The notes beneath the pieces were generated by a model, which saw only the letters and a program-made list of their open reading frames with translations, was not told where the DNA came from and ran no database searches. Below, in pieces: positions 1-5,320 of a stretch of 20,587 bases of DNA. Origin of the DNA: Synechococcus sp. (GTDB taxonomy: Bacteria > Cyanobacteriota > Cyanobacteriia > Thermostichales > PCC-7336); assembly GCA_051439605.1 (NCBI GenBank), contig JBFRWN010000140.1, positions 1-20,587 on the forward strand, read 5' to 3'. Each line of letters starts with the position of its first letter. The stretch's first letter is position 1. A program made the position numbers and the translations under genes.

Positions 1-6
1 CGATGG

Positions 7-47
7 CCCTCTCCCCTAGCCCCTCTCCCGGCTCGGGAAAGGGGAAC
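7..47. repeat. Short palindromic/direct repeat of the cyanobacterial CCCTCTCCC...GGGAxAGGGG intergenic type
   Basis: CCCTCTCCC occurs at 7-15 and 21-29. 20-30 (CCCCTCTCCCG) pairs with 34-44 (CGGGAAAGGGG) with one mismatch around a GCT loop. Resembles dispersed repeats common in cyanobacterial genomes (from memory). Confidence 0.5.
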
Positions 48-79
48 AAGAGCCTCGAAAGCCTATATTTCCTTTCAAG

Positions 80-106
80 TAGCCCCAGAATTTGCATTAG
101 GGGCTA
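80..106. terminator. Hairpin downstream of the minus-strand OB-fold gene (terminator or REP-like)
   Basis: TAGCCCC (80-86) / GGGGCTA (100-106) form a perfect 7-bp stem, 23 nt beyond the stop at 130. No strong U-tract. Confidence 0.35.
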
Positions 107-129
107 ATTCTATCGAACTGGCGTTAAAT

Positions 130-540
130 CTACAGCCGCTCTATTTCTTTGACTGTGACCCCAAAATTCCGACCGCCTAACTTGAGCAGTCCTTCTACAG
201 TGCCTTTAACCGTGACTGTTGAATTCAACGCGGGTACCTCCCCTTGCGTCACAACCCAAACCGTTCCCGAATCGTCTTCTACTTCGTAAAGCCCTTGTCC
301 CAAAATAGCGACGCGGTTGATAACTGTGCCGCGAATATAAAATTTATCAGTCCCATCTGAGCTCTCGACCGCAGTAGCAATCGGGGTGACTGGCACCGAT
401 AGTCTCTGAACTAGGCCACAGCTGATGGATAACAGCCCAGTGGCAGCGATCGCCAAAAAGAGCGTAGCGGTCTTTCGACGCCGGTCCCCAATGCTGGGGG
501 CAAATAGATGGGCAAGTAACGCCATCATCAGAAACCTCAT
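130..540 (-). CDS. Membrane-anchored/secreted OB-fold protein
   Basis: 136-aa ORF. A basic stretch (RRRK) precedes a hydrophobic helix ending LLSISC. The C-terminal part (IRGTVINRVAILGQGLYEVEDDSGTVWVVT...VTVKGTV) has a typical OB-fold beta pattern. Confidence 0.75.
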   Translation of the reverse strand: MRFLMMALLAHLFAPSIGDRRRKTATLFLAIAATGLLSISCGLVQRLSVPVTPIATAVESSDGTDKFYIRGTVINRVAILGQGLYEVEDDSGTVWVVTQGEVPALNSTVTVKGTVEGLLKLGGRNFGVTVKEIERL

Positions 541-815
541 CGCCTGGCCCCATTCAGCTTAGCCAGCCCCACCTCTATCCGCTAGATCCGCATTCAAACA
601 ACGCCTTTTCACTCAATCGCGTTGTCAATTTCTTTATCCTTGCGCGCAATCTCTTCGAAAACTTTTCATCTGAGCGATTAGGATTAAAACGAAATAACTC
701 TCAATACCAATTGGCGAATCCACAGCGATCGATAGCTGGAGGTATTGCAACGGTAGATCTCCTGCTCTAGGAATACCCATCAAAATGACTGGAAATCGTC
801 CCCAACACTATATCC

Positions 816-1226
816 ATGCCGTTTTCATACCCACTGGCCCCAGCTGAATGTTGTCCCCCCCTCGCTCCGCAAAACACCCTCCCTTTGCCAGCTGTTCGCA
901 AGCCATTCGTCAAGAACCTGATCCACAAAATTCGACAAGAGGAAAATCTGCGTCAATATCGCCTCAGTCGTTACGCCAGGTTGCGCACTAGCATAAAAGG
1001 TCCATCGGCGGCGATCGCCTTTGTTCCTCAAGCCGCCCCTGGAACCCAGCCGTTTTGCAAACTGTGTCGATATTTCTCCCAAACCCCTCAGATTGTCTGC
1101 GCTCTCCATCCCGCCGGGCCGCCTCATTATCCATATATAGCTCCAACTCCAAAGCAAAGATGCCCTGACTTCACACCAAGCGGCAACCAGACTCAAGGCT
1201 ATGGAGAGAGAGGGCATCACGAGTAG
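816..1226 (+). CDS. Hypothetical protein with C-terminal CxxC...CALHPxGP...CPDF motif (possibly DUF6464-like, putative metal-binding)
   Basis: 136-aa ATG ORF containing CKLCRYFSQTPQIVCALHPAGP...RCPDF, a Cys/His pattern seen in small cyanobacterial proteins. Preferred over the antisense ORF 825..1220. Confidence 0.6.
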   Translation: MPFSYPLAPAECCPPLAPQNTLPLPAVRKPFVKNLIHKIRQEENLRQYRLSRYARLRTSIKGPSAAIAFVPQAAPGTQPFCKLCRYFSQTPQIVCALHPAGPPHYPYIAPTPKQRCPDFTPSGNQTQGYGERGHHE

Positions 1227-1289
1227 CTATGAGTACATATTTGAGCAGTCAAGAGGGTATCAAAGGTCACAGGTTTTCGTCTTAACCTC

Positions 1290-1318
1290 TTGACATCTCC
1301 CTGGCAAACTGTAACGAT
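1290..1318 (+). promoter_or_regulatory. sigma70-type promoter for the riboswitch/DUF4278 transcript
   Basis: Perfect TTGACA at 1290-1295, a 17-nt spacer, and -10-like AACGAT at 1313-1318. The predicted TSS (~1325) lies just before the aptamer at 1334. Confidence 0.6.
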
Positions 1319-1325
1319 AAATACA
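1310..1325. promoter_or_regulatory. NtcA binding site in a repressing position
   Basis: TGTA-ACGATAAA-TACA is a perfect GTA-N8-TAC consensus with flanking T/A. It overlaps the -10 element and predicted TSS, as in NtcA-repressed gif promoters. Confidence 0.8.
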
Positions 1326-1333
1326 GAAATCAA

Positions 1334-1424
1334 ATCGTTCATCTTTTCCAAAGCTCAAGTTATCTCTATTAGATCTTGGCCAAGGTAAGACGGAAGTAGG
1401 GAAACATTCCCGAAGGAACGCGCC
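1334..1424 (+). promoter_or_regulatory. Glutamine riboswitch (glnA RNA motif, glutamine-I)
   Basis: Signature segments in order: ATCGTTCATC (1334), variable P2, GACGGAAGTAGG (1389-1400), P3 hairpin GGGAA-ACA-TTCCC, CGAAGGAACGCGC (1411-1423). P1 is CGTTC/GAACG. Lies upstream of a DUF4278-type gene, the known context. Confidence 0.92.
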
Positions 1425-1489
1425 TCTCGTGACGTCCTTACACCAGTCACGCGTTAGCGACCTACATCGTAAAATCGGAGGCGACTCTT

Positions 1490-1657
1490 ATGGATATTCT
1501 TTATCGCGGCCATCACGCCGAATACACACCCCCTAAAGCTAAGACTACCGACGAGGTACTTGGGGGACAGTTTCGGGGACATGCTTTTCGGCTACGCAAG
1601 CAAAAAAAAGCAGGACGGTTGACTTCTCCTTACAAGATGAAGTATCGCGGCCACTAG
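1490..1657 (+). CDS. DUF4278-family small basic protein (55 aa), not in the supplied ORF track
   Basis: Hand translation: MDILYRGHHAEYTPPKAKTTDEVLGGQFRGHAFRLRKQKKAGRLTSPYKMKYRGH*. SD GGAGG at 1477-1481. Three YRG/FRG motifs typical of DUF4278. Confidence 0.88.
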   Translation: MDILYRGHHAEYTPPKAKTTDEVLGGQFRGHAFRLRKQKKAGRLTSPYKMKYRGH

Positions 1658-1665
1658 GTATTCAT

Positions 1666-1703
1666 GCGGTGAAGTTCTCGGCGAGGCTTCACCGTTATTA
1701 TTT
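1666..1703 (+). terminator. Hairpin/possible terminator after the first DUF4278 gene
   Basis: CGGTGAAG (1667-1674) / CTTCACCG (1687-1694) form an 8-bp stem, extendable with G-U pairs, followed by TTATTATTT. Confidence 0.55.
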
Positions 1704-1731
1704 CCACCGCTAATCATTCATAGCGATTACT

Positions 1732-1765
1732 CCAACACTTTCACAGACCAAAGTGTGGCTTTTTT
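1732..1765 (+). terminator. Second hairpin with T6 tail in the inter-DUF4278 spacer
   Basis: ACACTTT (1735-1741) / AAAGTGT (1750-1756), plus CC/GG, then TTTTTT at 1760-1765. Confidence 0.45.
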
Positions 1766-1962
1766 CGGTTGCTCTATCAATCCGTTTGAGGGTGTTGCAT
1801 AACAACAGGTCAATGTCCTACGGAGCTTTGACAAGTTCTGTTATGACAGCCAAACGGATGTTTTGCCTAACCAACGCGACCCGAGTATTTCGGTAGTTGC
1901 TGAACCATCGATCTGAAACGATTTCAGCATGTATCTCCAATCTTCAATCCAGGATAAATTCG

Positions 1963-2133
1963 ATGACTTTTCAATTCCACGGTTCTAAGTTCTCCTACAA
2001 GGCCCACACGATCCACACCACCGAAACTGAAGCTTCAGGAACCTTCCGTGGCCGCAGTTTTACACTGCGCAAACAAGCACAGAATACCCCAGCCGTAAAT
2101 TCTCGCTTTGCAGTTAAGTATCGCGGCCACTAA
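1963..2133 (+). CDS. Second DUF4278-family small protein (56 aa), paralog of 1490..1657
   Basis: ATG at 1963 with AGGA at 1951-1954 (the track's 1897 TTG start is probably too long). MTFQFHGSKFSYKAHTIHTTETEASGTFRGRSFTLRKQ...VKYRGH aligns colinearly with the upstream paralog. Confidence 0.85.
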   Translation: MTFQFHGSKFSYKAHTIHTTETEASGTFRGRSFTLRKQAQNTPAVNSRFAVKYRGH

Positions 2134-2167
2134 AACAGTCGCGAATAGCTCCATTCGATGATTAAGG

Positions 2168-2207
2168 TTCCCTCTCCAGGCGAACCAAGCCTGGTAGGGA
2201 GTTTTTT
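2168..2207 (+). terminator. Rho-independent terminator after the DUF4278 pair
   Basis: TTCCCT-CT-CCAGGC / GCCTGG-T-AGGGAG stem around a GAACCAA loop, followed by TTTTTT. Confidence 0.8.
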
Positions 2208-2367
2208 GTGGCAGGCTCTAAATCCCCCCCTGCAGTCCCAGAAGGCAAATTAGCGACGGTCGAATCCTTTGCACATTTCCACCCCTCAGAACACTGAATA
2301 GTCATACCCTTGTCGGATTGAACTGCAATGGCCACAAACAATAGTTAACTGACGACAACATTGGGCA

Positions 2368-2913
2368 TTACTCGATTTCAGTCAGGTTGCCAGCCTTTAC
2401 CCAACCCTCTTGGCCGTTCAAATCGCGGCGCACCCGCTGCCAGCGACCATCCCCACTTACGCCCAACACAGTCACCGTCTCGTTAAAGGCAACCCCCCCC
2501 AAATAGGCCGATTCCACATTGGGTTCAGCTCGAATCGCTAAACCAATGGGTTCAACAACCCGCCCGCGATCTCCGTCGGGCGCTGATTCAGAGGACGTTG
2601 CTGGGGGCTCGGGCTCGGTTGCTGGTTCAGTCTCCGCTACAGTTTCTGACTCAGCGGTTGACTCAGACTCGTCATCTAAATCAGTACTGGCTGAATCCTC
2701 TGGTAAGGGGGTAGGTAATACCAAGGGATTATCCGCCAAGAAAGGAGGAAGAGGGGGATTATCTAGCATCGGTTGCATCCAGCGATATGCTTGCAGACCG
2801 ACTCCCAGTGCAATGCCAGCAATTAATCCCCAGATGGTTAAACCCACCCAGGGAATACGAGGGCGAGGGGCAGAGTGGCGGGGCATCGAGCGGGTTCGAG
2901 GGGGTTGATTCAT
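2368..2913 (-). CDS. Single-pass membrane protein with acidic/Pro linker and C-terminal bacterial SH3 domain
   Basis: TM helix WVGLTIWGLIAGIALGVGL, then a D/E/P/S/T-rich linker, then GLAIRAEPN...LGGV...VTVLG...WQRVR...EGWVKAGNL, an SH3_3 pattern. Confidence 0.85.
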   Translation of the reverse strand: MNQPPRTRSMPRHSAPRPRIPWVGLTIWGLIAGIALGVGLQAYRWMQPMLDNPPLPPFLADNPLVLPTPLPEDSASTDLDDESESTAESETVAETEPATEPEPPATSSESAPDGDRGRVVEPIGLAIRAEPNVESAYLGGVAFNETVTVLGVSGDGRWQRVRRDLNGQEGWVKAGNLTEIE

Positions 2914-2950
2914 AACGTCGTTAAAGGGGCCTCAAACCCAACCAATAAAC

Positions 2951-3136
2951 ATAACTGAAACAGGGAGAGCAACCGTCAAAGGAGTGGTGAATTGCCTCAG
3001 ATTGTACTACTCCAGTCAGCATGCCTAAGCAGCTGGCTTTTTCAAAGGCTATTGTACGTATTGCACCGTTCACGGCAACTACAGAACGTCTTCCTGTGGA
3101 CGAGGGAAGGAGTGAATAACTCTTATCTCATCCCTC
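2951..3136 (+). ncRNA. ssrS: Probable 6S RNA (ends approximate)
   Basis: Rod-like fold: ACAGGGAGA (2960-2968) / TCTTCCTGT (3089-3097); GTGG..TTGCC (2984-2996) / GGCAACTAC (3074-3082); an asymmetric central bubble; GTAC/GTAC; apical CCAGT..GCTGG. G-U pairs favour the + strand. The GTGGTGAxTTGCC...GGCAACTAC pattern resembles cyanobacterial 6S RNAs as I recall them. A 3' hairpin GAGGGA/TCCCTC spans 3102-3136. Confidence 0.6.
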
Positions 3137-3277
3137 ATCAGCTTGGTGCAAACCCTAGACGCGAGGCAGGACAGTCATGGGTGGTCATGGACTGAATTAG
3201 CCACTTGGTCAAGCGATGCATTCGGAGGAAATTCTAGGAGAGTAGTGACATTCGACGGACGAGAAACTCCAAACTCT

Positions 3278-4384
3278 ATGGCCGGACAACGGCATGGGGG
3301 AAATTTGGCGGCAGCGGCGGAAATTACCAGCTGCCACCCAAATGACATTTTGGATTTTTCCGCCAGCCTTAACCCTTTAGGTCCTCCCCAGTCCATCTTG
3401 CAGGCCATCTCTAATGCTCGCGAAGCTGTCATTCGCTATCCAGATCCCCACTCCGTTCAACTGCGCCAAGCCATCTCCCGCCACTACGGGGTAGACACCA
3501 ATTGGATCCTGCCTGGGAATGGAGCTGCAGAGCTCTTCACCTGGGCAGCTCGATCCTGTGCGCTGAAGGGAAACTCCCTCATTCCTCAGCCTGCCTTTTC
3601 AGACTACGCGCGTGCGCTAGATGCAGTCAGTGCCCCTTGGGAAGGACTGTCATGCTGGGATGCAGATGCGGCTCAACCTCTAGATCTCGTGGCCGGAATT
3701 CGCGATCGTCTCCAAAAAACCAACCCTCCCGCTTGTCTTATTCTGAACAATCCCCATAACCCCACCGGTCAACTGTGGTCAGCCTCTGACCTCCTTGAAC
3801 TAATTCCCTACTTTCAGTTGGCGATCGTGGATGAGGCGTTCATGGATTTTGTGACCCCCAGTCAATCCCTGTTGCCCTGGATCGAACATCATCCACAGTT
3901 GGTAGTGGTGCGCTCTTTGACCAAGTTTTTTGCCATCGCCGGACTGCGCATAGGATTTGCAGTTGCCCACCCCCAACACCTACAGCAATGGCAAAAGTGG
4001 CGCGATCCGTGGTCGGTAAATGGGTTAGCAACCGTTGCTGCGATCGCGGGACTGGACGATCGGGAATTCCAGCAGAAATCGATGGATTGGCTACCGCATG
4101 CAAAATTAACACTCAGGCAGGAACTCAACCAAATTCCTGACTGTAATGCCTTTGAAAGTGCGGCAAATTTTTTGCTAGTCAATTATCAACAGTCTGTTGC
4201 AGATTTACAAACAATGCTCTTGCAAAGCCATCACATCCTGATTCGCGACTGCCTGAGTTTCTCTGAGTTAGGAGATCGGTATTTTCGAGTTGCGGTAAGA
4301 ACGAAGGGCGACAATCTGAAACTTGTGCGATCGCTGAGGGCATCAATTGCAGCGTATACAGGATTACAGTCTCCTCTCAACTAA
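3278..4384 (+). CDS. cobD: Threonine-phosphate decarboxylase (PLP-dependent, cobalamin biosynthesis)
   Basis: HGGN...ILDFSASLNPLGPP, YPDP, GNGAAE, NNPHNPTG, VDEAFMDF, RSLTKFFAIAGLRIG (PLP Lys), ILIRDC. Start moved to ATG 3278 (MAGQRHGGN). Confidence 0.9.
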   Translation: MAGQRHGGNLAAAAEITSCHPNDILDFSASLNPLGPPQSILQAISNAREAVIRYPDPHSVQLRQAISRHYGVDTNWILPGNGAAELFTWAARSCALKGNSLIPQPAFSDYARALDAVSAPWEGLSCWDADAAQPLDLVAGIRDRLQKTNPPACLILNNPHNPTGQLWSASDLLELIPYFQLAIVDEAFMDFVTPSQSLLPWIEHHPQLVVVRSLTKFFAIAGLRIGFAVAHPQHLQQWQKWRDPWSVNGLATVAAIAGLDDREFQQKSMDWLPHAKLTLRQELNQIPDCNAFESAANFLLVNYQQSVADLQTMLLQSHHILIRDCLSFSELGDRYFRVAVRTKGDNLKLVRSLRASIAAYTGLQSPLN

Positions 4385-4485
4385 AGAGATAGTCCCCTAA
4401 AAAACACCCTCGATCTCCCCCTTCATTCAATAGAATGGAGCAAACGCGATGGTATTATTTTTGAGGCTAAATCAGGAGAAATAAT

Positions 4486-5175
4486 ATGGCCGCAACAGTG
4501 ATGGTTGTGGATGATGAGCCAATTATTCGAGAGACGGTGGCCTTAGCGCTGGACGAGCAAGGATATGAAGTATTAGAAGCCAGTGACGGGCGCCAAGCGA
4601 TGGATATGATGCATCAGGGCTATCAACCCGATCTAATGATTCTCGATTTGATGTTGCCGAACCTAAACGGATTGGATGTTTGCCGCCTGTTACGCAACGA
4701 AGGAAACGGCATCCCCATCATTATGCTCACCGCCAAAGATACTGAAACCGATCGTGTGGTGGGATTGGAGTTAGGGGCAGATGATTATGTCACAAAACCC
4801 TTTGGAATTCGGGAGTTAGTGGCCCGATGCCGGTCGGTATTGCGTCGCCAACAACAGCTCAGGGCAGTTAACTCGGAAACCGTCTTGCGCTTCGGCGATG
4901 TTTGGCTCCACCCGCAGGAATGCCGGGTGAAAGTCCGTGGCAACGAAGTCAGTTTCTCCCCCAAAGAATTCCGGTTGTTGGAGCTATTTATGAACCATCC
5001 CAGACGGGTATGGTCGCGGGAGCAGCTCCTAGAAAAGATCTGGGGACCTGACTTTATTGGAGATAGCAAAACAGTAGACGTTCACATTCGCTGGTTGCGC
5101 GAAAAATTAGAAGTCGATCCCAGTTCTCCTGAATACCTAATTACCGTTCGCGGCTTCGGATATCGCTTCGGTTAG
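4486..5175 (+). CDS. sphR: OmpR/PhoB-family response regulator, SphR (phosphate regulon)-like
   Basis: REC domain (VVDDE, ILDLMLP, TAK, KPF) plus winged helix SPKEFRLLELFM.HPRRVWSREQLL...GDSKTVDVHIRWLREKLE.DPS.PEYLITVRGFGYRFG, characteristic of cyanobacterial SphR. SD AGGAG upstream. Confidence 0.8.
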   Translation: MAATVMVVDDEPIIRETVALALDEQGYEVLEASDGRQAMDMMHQGYQPDLMILDLMLPNLNGLDVCRLLRNEGNGIPIIMLTAKDTETDRVVGLELGADDYVTKPFGIRELVARCRSVLRRQQQLRAVNSETVLRFGDVWLHPQECRVKVRGNEVSFSPKEFRLLELFMNHPRRVWSREQLLEKIWGPDFIGDSKTVDVHIRWLREKLEVDPSSPEYLITVRGFGYRFG

Positions 5176-5320
5176 AGCGTCTTAGAGATGAAAAGCGTCT
5201 CAAAGATGAAGACGATCGCTGTGTAATAACCGCCAATCTCTCTTCTCTGCCAGAGCATAACTAGCGGTTCTTTCATGCCATATGGACCTATTGAGCACAA
5301 ATAAGTCAGAGGCAAAGGCA

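Noticed and set aside
825..1220. 131-aa minus-strand ORF
   Set aside because: It is the antisense shadow of 816..1226, which carries the recognisable Cys motif; it has no motif of its own.
1281..1288. CTTAACCT, a perfect cyanobacterial Pho-box unit next to the -35
   Set aside because: Single unit only; SphR sites need repeats at 11-bp spacing and the neighbouring positions do not match.
1828..1856. TTGACA as a promoter for the second DUF4278 gene
   Set aside because: No acceptable -10 hexamer at 16-18 nt spacing, and the hexamer is explained as one arm of the hairpin.
1780..1928. Retron msr/msd interpretation of the long hairpin plus small hairpins
   Set aside because: No reverse transcriptase in the window and no convincing a1/a2 flanking inverted repeats.
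2992..3277. ORF 2992..3195 and the 45-aa N-terminal extension of cobD; cobalamin riboswitch considered
   Set aside because: The ORF overlaps the structured RNA and has no recognisable features; CobD homology begins at HGGN. No B12-box or GGGAA...GCCACTG signature was seen.
5176..5210. Imperfect 17-nt direct repeat (AGCGTCTyArAGATGAA, 18-nt period) after sphR
   Set aside because: Only two adjacent copies with no spacers; probably a local slippage duplication, not a CRISPR array.
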